From Dimorphilus gyrociliatus (Eukaryota > Animalia > Annelida), in NCBI GenBank assembly GCA_904063045.1, contig CAJFCJ010000011.1, positions 1,054,001 to 1,118,000 of the forward strand: a DNA stretch of 64,000 nucleotides, written 5' to 3'. This document shows positions 41,390 through 54,548 of this stretch, piece after piece. The notes beneath the pieces were generated by a model. That model searched no databases. It saw only the letters and a list, made by a program, of their open reading frames with translations, and was not told the origin of the DNA. A program made the translations under genes and the position numbers. The stretch's first letter is position 1. Each line of letters begins with the position of its first letter.

Positions 41390-42138
41390 AATCCTTTTTC
41401 CTTCCTCTCACTTTTTGCTCTCTTAATGACGACTCACTTTTTTTATTGTTTATTTTCCGTAACTATTTGCCAATTATCGACGAAAAATAGAGTTAGCCGG
41501 AATAAGGAATCAGAGAGAAAAGTCTAGTGTTCAGTTCTAGAAAATGACTGTTCTTGAATAGTAACAGTTCAGTCAATCTACCGTTAATAATCTTCTATAA
41601 AGCGTTTGGCAAACATTTCCCTTTTTTCATTTCAGATTTGATCGATTGTTCAGACGAGTCTTTTATTCTTTTCTTCTTTTACTTACATTTGTATGTTATT
41701 TTATTACAAGTTAAACCGCCCCTTTCTCAATTTTATTCCTTTTTTCATGTATTTACTATAAAGTCTAACGTCGAGTTCAATAAAAACAGGGCGGTTAACA
41801 GATGGCGTTAATGTTGAATAAACCATTTCCTAAGAGGATTCGACGCCTCTCTTTTCCCTTTTGCGCAGTAATTCCGTAAAAGGTGATTATGAGCCTTTTC
41901 ACCCCCTACCCTGCTCTCTATTCTGATTTACTAATTTTTTGCTCTTAAAACTTTTATAGCCCACAGTTCGATTATTCATATTTCATTCACTGAAATATGT
42001 TCCTTAATCATTTACGCGAAATTTACAAATATTAGTTTTGAAGTTTATTTTGAACAACTCTAAAATAATTAACTTAGATGTAGCCGTCCAAATTCTTGAA
42101 GTGTTTTGAATCTTTCTGTAAGGGAAATGAAATTAAGA

Positions 42139-43164
42139 TTACTGGAATGTCTGCAATGCTAAATTATTAAAGAGAAAGAGAGAGTGGATGTGGGTGTGTG
42201 TGTGTGTGTGTGTTTAAAATACTTACAGCTTCCAAACAACCATATAAAATTTGAACTCTTTCAATATCGATTTCACTGAGAGTTACTCTTTGACCAATTT
42301 GAGCAGTAGGGTCTATGGGCGTAATTGTGTCCTGGGATGGGTCGATTGCGAACCCTCTTCTACCGTAGTGCATTACTGATCCGTAATCGTAGGTTGTACC
42401 CAAATGATCGATGGAAACTCCGTTAGTCAACTTACGAAAGTTATGTTCCCTTCCAGGTAAGATATTATCAAAGTTTACAACGACAAAATCATCACGGTCT
42501 CCTCTGCTATGTTCATGATAAAATCCTAATGCGTGAAGGAATTCATGCATAATAGTTCCATGTCTAGTTACGCAACCAGAGGCCAAAGACATTCTTTGAG
42601 ATCCTCCAAGCATACCGATAAACGAAGAGCAACCAGAACCCTTTTGAACACTAACATAGTTAAATTCGGTAGTTCTTTCTCTCAAATCAACGCATTTTTC
42701 GCCATTTGGCTTCTTCGTCAATTCCATTAAATCGTCAATACCAGCTTGGATTAATTCGAGTTCCAAGGCAGCTTTTTACAAATTAATATATAATTTCATA
42801 AAAACTTGTTATTTATTTAGTTAGTTAATACCATATTTTATGGCACATTCAATAATGTACAAACTTACTGTATTGAGAGGTAACGATAGAGTAGTATAGA
42901 ATTCCATCAGTCCATTTAAGATTTTTATTCCATATCGCATTAGCTGGACCTACAAGTGGTAAACCAGTTTTTGGAATAAGGATGTCACCCTCGAAGTGAT
43001 CTGCAAAATGAAATAAAAAGTGTTTAAGTAAACTTCAGTAAAGAATAAAATATCTTTTTCAACAAATATACAGAAAAAAGATAGATACTTCCTAGTTCTG
43101 GATTGTTGTCAATAGGTTTTGAAAGGGTCACACCCAGTAAGATGCAAACAATTAAACTTCTCAT
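42139..43164 (-). CDS. Astacin-family (M12A) zinc metalloprotease, catalytic domain only
   Basis: Signal peptide MRSLIVCILLGVTLS, propeptide FEGDI, HEFLHALGFYHEHSRGDRD zinc motif and SVMHY Met-turn. Four exons, with the last giving TFQ*. Confidence 0.93.
42194..42213. repeat. (GT)10 microsatellite in the last astacin intron
   Basis: Directly visible dinucleotide run. Confidence 0.9.
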
Positions 43165-44144
43165 CTTTGAATATAAATCCACTTCATTTGTAAGGCGTCT
43201 TTTATATAGCAATGAAGTTATCTTGAAGGGAAATAACAGGTTTTATTTATTATTTCACTTAAAGATAATATTATGAAAATTCTATCTTAATTCAATCTTC
43301 AACGTAAAGCATATGGTATATTTTTGTAGTTGTAATTTTTCGTAACTAAATGTTCACATGAGAAATCCTCCAACTGTTTTTTGTAGTGCCGTGTGCAGAA
43401 CCAAAAAAATGCCGAAAAGTAAAGTTTAACATGTTTAATAGTTATTCTAATACCGTTTCCATATACCTATATTTAATAATAGTGACTGGTTAATAATTAA
43501 TATAGATGTTCACAAAAAAAAACCATTAAGACCTAAAGGTCGAATTTATCATCTTTGCCTTTAATTAACGCTCTTTATGCTTGCAGGCTAAAAAAGAGGA
43601 ATTTGGCATACAATAGTGTTTTTTTTCTATTTTCTATTGTTATCTGTAGCATGTTTGAAATCGTAAAATTATTTCTTACGTAACCAGACTCGTTTTTTTA
43701 TTATTTAAAGCATTTTTTTTCAATTGTTGTAAACAGTTAACAAACAAACAAATGTAAAAACGAGCTATATACAAAATATACAGTCAGTTGTTATAGTTTT
43801 AGTTGAATACATTTGTACATTATATTGAAATATTAGGTATTAATAGTAATATATAATCATCTCTTTTATCATTGTTATAGTTTTCGAAATATTCTAAATA
43901 TTGCAGATATTGCAGATAATGCATATTGTCTCATATAAATAATAATAAAAATTATATTTATATATAACATTTTATTAGAATAAAATATATGCAAAAACAA
44001 TTAAAAAAGAGCAAGTTTTTATTCAAGACAGACTGGACAAATTGTTTGGCATGACATTTTTATTATTATTATTATTTATCATTTTTCATTTCCTTCAAGT
44101 ATCATCGAATCCTTTCAAAAATATCTTCAATTTTCTTTTCTACA

Positions 44145-45087
44145 TTATAGAGCATTGGTCGTCTTCTGAATGATTTTCTTTTGACATTCTTTCCCTAACC
44201 CATATTTTCAACCTATTCAGACTTGACCAACTTAGTTTGCTTGACGTTGATTTATTACTAACCGAGGAGGAAGTCGATTCCGACTTAACAATCTTTTCTG
44301 CTTCTGCAGGCGTAAATTTTAACGCTAGTCATTAATATTTTATTAATTAAGGTATAAAAAAAGGAAACAGAGCCAATAGGATGCAGTAATTAATGCTTTC
44401 ACTATGTCTTGTTGACAAAAACGGGAAAGCAACTTACCAGAAATTATAAAATTTTCAACGTGAGCTGTTCCTCCACATACTGAGCATTGGCGGCATGAAA
44501 TGCAGATGCATCTGCAGCTTCCTTTACACCTTGCAGTACTGCAACACATGCTCTAAAAGGGTAAAGACAAACTTAACTGAAAGAAAAACAGTTGGAAAAC
44601 GTGTCTAACATAGAAAATATATGGTAAATTTCTTTATTAAATAAGATACTCTTTTCCCTGCTAAATCCTTTCATCCCATCGTCGACTTTTAATAGATCCC
44701 AGTCAGGTATACATTCTCCACTCAAAGACTCGTTTTACAAGAGCGGTAGTAGAGAAAATACTCTTTTAGGCCAAAGAGTCAAGGCTATGCCCAGCTTTTA
44801 GTTTCAAAGAAACGTGAAGGAGAGCGAAAAAACGATTAACTGTAAAGAAAGCGGGACTCCCTTCCTTTTCCTCTTCACCTTACTCCCTAGATCGATATTC
44901 TAACCCTTTTTCTACTCACAGCTCTTTTTTAACGAGTAAAATGAATCACTGTCAATTCTGTGAGTCATGTTCTTATCGTCTAATTTGCCAAATATAGAAA
45001 ATAGAAACTATCAATTTCGACTTACAATGAAAGAAGACAGATCTACGCTACTTCCGCTTCGGCTCTTCCCGGTAGGAGGTTTTCCAT
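44145..45087 (-). other. Candidate small spliced gene, reading frame unresolved
   Basis: GC-richer exon-like segments with canonical sites: donor GTAAGT near 45025, exon 44552-44438 (TTTTAG...G|GTAAGT), and exon 44303-44145. Both a Cys-rich frame and an Ala-rich frame are possible. Confidence 0.3.
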
Positions 45088-47910
45088 ACTATTTTTGTAT
45101 TCCTTTTTCTTTTTTTCACACGGTTTTATTTATCTATTCTAAAAAAAGAAGTGACGGTTTAAAAAAAAGTCGAAGAGAAAATAATAAAGAAAAAAAAAGA
45201 TGCCTTAAACAAACTTTCCATGCGTAACTGGCATTTTCGTCAATTTTGACAAGGAATGGAAGGAAAGAGGAAGAGGGGGCGGTGGGTGTTAACGATTTAG
45301 CGAATATTTGTTCTAAATCAATATTTTCAGGCTATTAACCAAATAAAATCTCTTCCCGGAATAAACTGACATCGAAATTTTATCTCCGGGCTTCTCTATC
45401 ATTCCCTATAAATTACGTTCAGTTTGTACAAACAGACAAAGCGTCTCTTTCACTTCCATGACTATTCGTTAAATTATATAAAACTACAAAATTGTTACGA
45501 TATATATATAAATATGAATAAAGAAAAAGAAATCTCTAGATCATTTTTTCTTTTTTCTCTTCACTTTATTATTCTTTTTCTCTTTCTCTTCTTCACTTAC
45601 TTTTCACGTCTTTTTCGTCATCATTGGAAAGGAACTTTTGTCATATTTACTTACTCGCAACGGAAATAATATTTTATCATGGAAATGAGCTTTCTATTTT
45701 TCATTTATAGACTACACTCACTACGCTTATAAAACTATGATATAGAAATCATTTTAGGCCTACTTAATATTTTTCCTTGTGTTCATCCTGAATGAGAACA
45801 ATCGTCGAGTACACATTAAATAATAGATAAGCTAGTAGTAGGAGAATGACGTTTTATTGAGAGGGAAAAAAGCATGAAATGGACGAAAAGTGCAAAAAAG
45901 TTTACGAAGTAAACTTCACACCTACAATCAATGGAACTTGAGGCAGACGCTTTTTCTGTTGCCCTCCGCTATCTCTTATACTTTTTTTTTTGTCAATCTT
46001 CTCTCCATCTGCACTAAATATCACCTAAGGCTGCACCTTTAAAAATATAACCGTTGTAAAATAGGCTAATTATTTGCTTTTTTTGTGTATTTCTTCTTTT
46101 ATTATTAATTATTTAAGTAAATTATTTACAAAAGAATGTACTAATTAGGCATATTTTCATCCGGGCTATTTTTTAAACGACATTACAATTTTATAAAAGA
46201 CGAGCATAAGAAATCAATCAATTGATTTCATTTGAAATCTCTACAGCTATCACGAAACAAGGAAATCGACAGACCGGAAACGGACTCAACTGCTCTTTGC
46301 GTCCAACACGCACTTTTTTCTAGCTTTTTTATCATCTATAGTAATTATCAATGTATTGTAAATTATATGTACATTTAATGCCATTTTTATACGTTTTACG
46401 CATTTCATTCGTGAATAAGTCACATGTGCTGTCACTTTCTTTCATCACATAGCCCTACGTTAAGCCTACATTCTGACCGGAAGCTCAGGATGGTATCGCT
46501 TAATGAAGGAGAGAGAGAGCTGGAGTATAGTAAGTATAAAGAGAACAACAAATTTAGACGGAGAACAGAAACCTTATTAAAGCGGCATTTTTTAAAGAGA
46601 GTTTCTTTATTCTAGGTCTATTTTCAATTAAAATCAAAAAATTTACTTTACTTTTTCCCTATCCTTCCCTTCCTGTCCAACTTTTTAGCTTTTTAACGAA
46701 AAGTAAACAAATAGTAAACACTGTCGTAAGAATAAAAGAGCAACTATAAAATAAATTTTTTGGTGACTTGTAAGAAAATATATACATGAATATTCATGAA
46801 ACAATTTTCGCCTTTCATATATTGCTTTATACAAATAAATGCGTCAACGAACCTTTTTTTTATTAAATGTTGGTAGTAGTCGATCTAGTGCCTAAGCTTT
46901 AGTCGGAATAAATAATGAATTTGAAGGAATGTTGACAACGCCACCTGGTGTTACCACGGGCTACTTATATTGCTTGCTAAGTAAGCAGGAGAGAAAATAC
47001 ACCAATTCCCAATTTGAAAATTACAATTTTGTTAATCAATAAGGAAGAAGAAAGAAGGGAAAGGGAATTCGAATAGAGAAAATTATAAAAGAAGAAAAAA
47101 AAGTCACATTAGGAATTAAGAAGGCGGTAAGAGGAGGGAAAAATGAAAAATTTCTCCCCCGCTAAATTCCTAAGGGACTGTTAAGCTTGTTTTTTTCGAA
47201 ATCGTGCTGGGAATTTTGCAGATGCCTGATATTTTTTCTGTGTTTGGGAATTGGTTAGGAAAATCACTAACTATTTTCCTTTTATTTTGTAATTTCTAAC
47301 CATATTAATTAGAGTATCAAAATAATAAAGATATGTAGGGAAAATATGCGCTCTGAATATTTCCCTCGTCCTTTTTCCCCCATTTCCAGCCACCCATCTT
47401 CGCTATTACGTTAGCGAGTGGGTTTGAAGCACAGCCGTTTATTGTTAGAGCATATTAAATTCTGTTACTATTGTTATTCTAATTGCCAATATTTTTGGGG
47501 CCGTCCTCTATTCTCATTACCATAAAAAACTTTTTTTGTTCTTTAGCCTGGACTGTTACTCTCTCTCTCTCTTCCTCTATCTTTCGCTCTTCCCTTCTTT
47601 TCTCTTTCTCCTATTCTCACAATATTTCTATAATTTTCCATTATATTTTTTCCACGCTTATTGCTCATTCTTTTTCTATGTGTTACAATGTTTTATAATT
47701 ATGCTAGTGTTAAAGTTTATCAATAATTCTGGTGCTTATTAGGTAAACAGAACTAAAATGGTTTTATTTCGGTACCTTTATCATTTTCATTTGATACTCA
47801 ATTTTTAATACAATAAGAAACAGGACCTTTTTTTGTACATTAAAAGTTTATTGTTAAGAGCAATTATATAAAAGAAGAATAATTACAAAAACAGATAATT
47901 GGTTCGAAAA

Positions 47911-50217
47911 TTATTCTTTATTGTTCTTTTCATCTTTTAAATCTGCTTTAATTTGTTTTTCCTCTTTCCAATCTGCATATATTTTCTTAGCAACACTTAA
48001 TAAATCATTTTCGTCCTTTTTCTCGACCAAAGGCTTCCGACGATATTTTACTAAGCTAGGATTACGAAGAATCATATAAGCCACTCTCCATTGATTTCTC
48101 CATCTTTTATTAGGCCGTTGTTGTTGAACTTCTTCCATTTCTCTTTCTTCCCCATCTGCCACTTCATTAGCACGACAACAGGTCATCTAAGGACAAGAAA
48201 ATAGAAACAAAACATTATTGAAGCAAAAAATATTGGCAAGGGGAACATAAATTCTGTATTTAGTTTAATTTACCGTATTTTGTTCCAGGTTCTCCTCCTT
48301 ATCCTTGAACTCTGACCCTGATTGTTGATCGTCACGTAAAATTTGACAGAAGCACCTAAGAATAGGATTATTATGGTTGTGCTCTAGTATTACCATGCCT
48401 AAGTAAGCTTGATAACCTCCATCAAATTTCTCAAAATCTCTCATTAAAATTGCTCGATCTATTCGACCCAGCCAAAATAATCCTATTACTGATCCTTTTA
48501 ATACCCTCATTAAGGCGGAAGCCAGACCCACGTTGACATTGGCCAGAAAGAAGACATAGCTCATCATATGAAAGAGAGATCGTCTTAAAAGTGATAGTGG
48601 TTGATCTTCATCCTCTTCCTTTAATTTCTCTTGCAATATGAATTTCCTAGAAATAACTTGTTGGAATATTTTTAGTCCCAGACCCGTCACCGATGGTAAA
48701 ATTATATATTGTGCAATAAATCTTATAATAGCCCAATTACCATCTGTTATTGGTAATATTATTACGAAGCTAATCAGTAGACAAATACTCCATGAGACGG
48801 AATTAATGATAAAAAATCCCCAAATTGTAAAGGCAATCTGATATCCACAATATCTTAGACAACTAGCTGTTAAAGATCCACTATTTTCTAAACTGCCCTT
48901 TAAAGAGGCACGCCATCTGCCGGACGCAAAATTTGACAAACTTTTTTTATAGCTGATAGCTATATCGAAAATACTATAAACAAAAACTAGTATAACAAGA
49001 CAATTCGTAACCGCAAATGAAACTCTTATTAAATGGTAAGTTATTATTATCCTTCTCCTCTCTGTTGAGTTGCTAGTTAAATTTCTTTCTGTTATTAATT
49101 CCTGGCCTGATTTCCATAGTGATCGAATAATAACAGCTGTTAAATGAAAACTGAATGCTGCCAATTGATAAGTGCACGAGATTGAGGCAACCAAAGCCGA
49201 TAGTACTCTTGTAGAATATTTAAAATTGGGAGAATACCCTATCATTCTCTTTATTACCCACTTCCATGTTTTATTCTCCTCCCTTTCCTTTGGATGTAAC
49301 ATTTCATAAACATAACTAAATTGATGTCTCCAGCAGATTTTATTTGATCTCTTCTCAACAGCTCTTTTCTGAAAAAATGTGCTCATTTAAGTTAAAGTAA
49401 TAGCAGAGATAAAGAGGTAATATAATATTTTGGTACTTTGAAGTAGCATTGAATTAATATTATAAAAAATTTCCAAACAAGAAAAGAAAAGCATAATAGA
49501 GATGGTAACTGAGTTACTACTGTAGAATATTTGATTATTTCGGGAATCGGATCCCAGCATCGACTCATAACCAATAGTTTTACAGCAAGCCAACATCCAG
49601 AGTAAATAAAACCCAATAGACCGCCCACAAGTTTTTGTTCAGTGTATAAGCAGGCAAAAAATGGATAGAAAGCAACACAGATTTCCAAACTTAGCCCAAG
49701 TATGACAAGTACTCTAGCGTAGCCAGGATACGGAAGTAGTGAACTACCTGAACAGCAATGATAACAGTGAAAGATACAATTTATGCTACACCTATAAAGA
49801 GTAATACTTTTTCATTTATATCATTGTTAAATAAGCTATTTCTTAAACTTTTTAAATATTTTAATAAATGATAAAATATAAGTCGTTCATACCGAAGAAG
49901 ATAGAAATAATAAAGTTTGTTGTAGCACCAAAAGCAATTGCAAAACTCCATCGATTATTATAATCGTCAATAAAATTTATTGCTAAAGGTAGCTTTGGCC
50001 TTCCTCCACATATTTTAGGTAAAAATTTCGTCCTTTTTTCGAAAAAACTTAAAATTATTACTATTAAACATGCTGGGGCATTGGCAATATGTAAAAAATA
50101 GAAGAGATTATTTTGATGTCTTTCACATGCAGTATAGTTTGAGGTTATATTATTTTCTGTTACTTCAGGTTGTGAGGGTTGTGATGGAACAACAATATCC
50201 CATAGACTAGCTTTCAT
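47911..50217 (-). CDS. STRA6: STRA6-like (RBP receptor family) multi-pass membrane protein
   Basis: Family motifs RPKLPLAINF...RW.FAIAFGA, YPFFAC, LRYCGYQIAF.IWGF, GLFWLGRIDR...D.GY.AY.G, HNNPILRCFC and C-terminal RWRNQWRVAYMILRNPSL. Exons 50217-~49893, 49747-~49437, ~49369-~48272 and 48186-47911 are phase-consistent. STRA6 versus STRA6L is not resolvable. Confidence 0.88.
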
Positions 50218-50418
50218 AATAAATGTTGTAAGTAATATCGTATCCAATTTTGTAATGTTCTAGTTTCATAGATAATATTGTTTAGCGTTGATTCCATAGC
50301 AAATAAAAGATATGCTGTTATCAATATTGGTACTGAAATTATTCTTAAACGATGAATCATAGAAAAAAGATTATTGCTTTTATTAAAAGAACAGAATAAA
50401 TGGAAAGTTTATATTATA

Positions 50419-51885
50419 TTAGATATTGTATATTTCATTAAATCGCCTTGTATGTTTGTCTTCTATTTCTGTTTGTTTTTTCGGTCCTAATTTATGAATA
50501 AAAAACTTTAAGTTAGAAAGCAAAATTTATCGACCAATACCTTTTCTTCTGGTAAGTCTCATAAATATATGCACTAAACTGAACAAAATGTATAATCCAA
50601 CCCATCCAGCTAAGAGTATGACTAAAATTTCCCAAGGAAAATTACTAGCTCTTAATGCTTTGTATTTGTGAAATTTATCCTATCGGTTAATAAAATATGT
50701 TTGTTTATATTGTCAAATCATGATAGATATTCATAGATTACCAAATTTTTCCTGGTATGATCTTTAATTTTCTTTTCGTATGTATACCGATGTTTAATCA
50801 AACCATCTATAATACAATCGTCGTCAACATCATGAACAAGAATACCGTGGGTTGTACGTTGGACAAGTGACCCCAAAATTGTTATGGTATTCAAATTACT
50901 AGTATTAACCAAATTAACAATTTCAGCAGCGCTGTATTGGTCAACTAATGCAAAATGTATATGTCCTGCCACTAGACTCTCCATCACTCCTTTCAAAGTC
51001 TGAAAATCTGTAGGAAGATTATTTGGTAAATATATTTGATTCCAAAGATATATTTTATAAACCAAAATGGCTTACATATAGGATTTCCAGAATCATCGGT
51101 GATTAGTTGAATTTCAAGGGAACCATTGATAACACCAATGTCTTTCTCTTTTAAACTCAGTCTGTTTATTTCCTTTGCAGTTAGACCCGATGCTATACTT
51201 GCAGTGAATAAAGAAACTATTGCCAAACTATAAACTGCCCAGCATACTGTGATAATTTTACCAAAGATAGCTTTTGGATATTTATCACCGTACCCAACTG
51301 TTGTCATTGTTACACAAGCCCAATAAAATCCTTCAACTATCCCTTTGTAAGGTTTATTAGAAAAATGATCCTTATTTTTCCATTTTTCCTTTTAGTATAT
51401 ATATAATTCGTTAAATGTTAGAAATATAAAATTAAATACCTTACAATTAGCCAAATAATAAGACCAACATAGGCACTTCCAACCAACATGACGAGTAGAT
51501 GCTGCCAATAGCCAATAATTTGATTAATTTCAGCCAAACCAGGGTAGTCTGGCTGATTAGATAAAATAAAAGCTTCTGTTGATTGAAGGATAGGAACAAA
51601 TTTTCGATCCTTTAATTCTGGTTCAACTCCGAAAAAGTCTGTCTTATGAGAGTATGGAAATAACAATTCTTCATTTTCCTGCAGAGTTCTCATCTCCTCT
51701 AAATTATTATATTTGTTATAATAAGCCTTTTCAAGAATATTATTACAGCAATCTTTCAAAGATTTATGTATTAAATTTAAAAAGTTGCCAAAAACTCGAC
51801 CATCTTTTGTTAAGTAGCTGAAAGGCTTAGATGGAAACCATCCCATGTTCAGTAGTTGACTATTATTCGATGAACACTCCTTCAT
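50419..51885 (-). CDS. GluR0/AvGluR1-like ligand-gated channel with K+ filter (TVGYGD), paralogue 3
   Basis: Exons 51885-51445 (S1+M1), 51388-51076 (pore helix [20 protein letters not shown]3 [11 protein letters not shown]), 51007-50742 (S2), 50679-50541 (M4) and 50486-50419. All junctions are GT-AG and phase-consistent. Confidence 0.85.
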
Positions 51886-52581
51886 AATTCCAGATTATAT
51901 AAAATCTGTAGAATACATATACTAGAATGAATAATATACATTATATATATGTCTATTAATTAGAGAGTTTATCTAAATATTATATTGAATTTTAGCTATT
52001 TAGTTATAATAATACACACCTGATTACTTATCTAGCTTACTAAATTTCGAAAACTCCCATCTGTTGCAGCTCAAACTATCAAAAGTATATCGTACATCAA
52101 TTATGTGTAAGTATATGTTATGAATAGTACCATAACCCTGGTATTAATTTACTATCCAAACACTAAAGTATCTCAAGTTATGCAATGTTGTTTAATGTAA
52201 TAAATGAAAACTTGCTTTTTCATTATTCATAAGGTAGGTTTATTATTAAATATTGTATATTTCAAATAAATTAATGGAAATGAATTTAAAAAACAACGAT
52301 TATGTCGAGGTATTTAACTTTTAACTGGTTCACAAATAAATACTCTACAGTACAAACATATAAACATTTTTTATTGCAAAAATGTGTTTTATATTATATT
52401 AATAATCTATATATGACGTTCTTAGTTTACTTACATGAATATTGGATGAATTACATATATAAATAAATAAAAAAGATATATTTTCAAAAATTTATATAGT
52501 TTAAATAGAATACTAAACTACCATTTCTGCTATAAGTCATCTATTTTGAAAACTTTTTCCAGAGATAGACATTTGAAAACT

Positions 52582-53920
52582 CTATATATGCCTTATGCAT
52601 CTAGTATCGTTATTTTTATGTACCCTCTGATATACATAAACTATAAGAACAATAACTAGCCAACAAGACATTGTCACTAGAATTACTGGTAAAATCGTTT
52701 CACCTTGGCTTTTCATCATGCGGTCTTTATTTATGATCCACTTCTAAAAAATAATGATTAATTCACTTAGTTAAGTGTTAACAAAGCATATTCTATCTTA
52801 CTGTTAAATATTTTTCGCTGATGTTGTTAAATAGAGAATATTTTTTCTTTCTACTAGCTATAGTTTCTAGTAAACACTTGTCCGGTCTTCCCATTACTTT
52901 TAAGCCAAATATTTCATCGTACTCATAATTATCTACTATTCCAATTGTTTTATCTTTTAAACCTTTATTTAGAATGTATACTGCTGGATATTGGCCAATT
53001 AAACCATAAGATACTTTCTCACTAGAAACGCTTTGAAGAACTTCTTCCGTAGTATTGTATTCTATGAATTATTCTATTTTTACTATTTTATTAATATAAT
53101 ACAAGAAGAATATTTAAAATTTTCGCACCAATTGGCACACCACCTTTTGACAAGCATACTCTCCGTTCTTCCATATCTTGCACAACTGATACTCTCTTAA
53201 AAAGAAGTGTAGGAGCGTTAAGAGCCCCGTCGAAATTTAATTCAAAAGTAATATTTGCCGTGAACACAGACATCATTATTAAACTGATTAATATCCAAAA
53301 TAAAGTAACAACTTTACTAACAATACGCTTTGGATATCTATCTCCATATCCAACAGTACTCATAGTAACGAAAGCCCACCAGATACCTTCAAAAATTCCA
53401 ACTAATGCGTCTTTTGGAAATTGTTCTTTATTTATTCTCCTTTCCTACAAAAATTCAACTCTAGGAGATAAAACCCTTATTAATAGTTCGTACAAACCAT
53501 AAACCACATTAAGAGTCCGATCCAGGCTGTAGCAGATCCAAGAAGTAAGATGAATTTCCAATATGATAATATCAATATTATATTTTCATTAAAAAAGTTT
53601 GTATGCTCTTTCTTAAATAAAAACCCTCCATTAGATTCTATTACTGGTATGCTATATATATCATAACTATCGTAGCCTGCTACTGGTATCCTCGATTTGG
53701 AAAGGAAGGGATATGGTAGTAGGATATTATCTCTCCCAACGGATAATCTCATATCTTTGATAGATGAATACTTAGAAGAATATATAACACTCTTATTCTT
53801 CCAACAGGTTTTAGCAATTTCGTCAATTAGTTCTACAAAATATCCTTGTACTTTACCTGACTCTGACAAGTATATAAATGGAGGCATTTCAAGCCAGCCA
53901 ATACTTATTGAGCTATTCAT
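52582..53920 (-). CDS. GluR0/AvGluR1-like ligand-gated channel with K+ filter (TVGYGD), paralogue 2
   Basis: Exons 53920-53498, 53444-53129 (ERRINKEQFP...IWWAFVTMSTVGYGDRYPK, M3 SVFTANITFEL), an S2 exon ~53062-52802, and an M4 exon ~52743-52582. Intron positions and phases match paralogues 1 and 3. The C-terminal end is uncertain. Confidence 0.85.
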
Positions 53921-54548
53921 CTTTGAGTTCGTAGTTTCATATAATTATTTCATCTAAATGAAGTAATAATTGCACTATAATTTGAATCAAACAAAAGTAA
54001 CACAATCAATAAGCGTATTCATTAGTTTATACAATTTAACGCTTGTGTAGAGAAACATATTTATATATATATACTTCATTTATTTGAAATTAAAGTAGCA
54101 TTACTGCCAATGAAATTCAAGGACGTGATAAATAATCTATATGTATATTGCTCTATCAAATTACATAATTTCTATAAATCTATAAATGATTTATAGCAAT
54201 TTAAATTTATTTAGAAATATATGGTATTCTTATTCATACGACCTACTTTACTTTATTCTAGTCTAGTAATCTTCCTTTTCTTTTATAGAAAATCTTGAGA
54301 TATCTTTTCTTTCTTTATTCAAGAAAGACACCACGTTCAATTATTCATAAAACTAGCATTTTGTAGTCGTATGTGTTATAGTATAAAATGGATTTCTAAC
54401 GAAACAGATATGAATCTGTTAACTTGAAATAAAACAAAGGTCTTTTCATCTTTTGAAAATACGCATGAAGTAATAACAAACATCAAAGTGCACTGACTTT
54501 TAAAGTTCACAACTTTAATAGCACATGAGGGTAAACAGTTTTCTTTTA

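Noticed and set aside
8492-43164. 'Split meprin' idea (MAM-only protein plus astacin-only protease)
   Set aside because: The genes are 28 kb apart with about nine genes between them, and stand-alone astacins and MAM proteins are both common in invertebrates.
2963-53957. Antisense or alternative-frame ORFs overlapping real exons (e.g. 2963-3148, 6613-6804, 8519-8701, 9783-10022, 12430-13100, 15919-16191, 17812-18093, 29148-29399, 40762-41263, 42533-42730, 48638-48841, 53260-53957)
   Set aside because: These are shadows of stop-poor coding sequence and show no motifs of their own.
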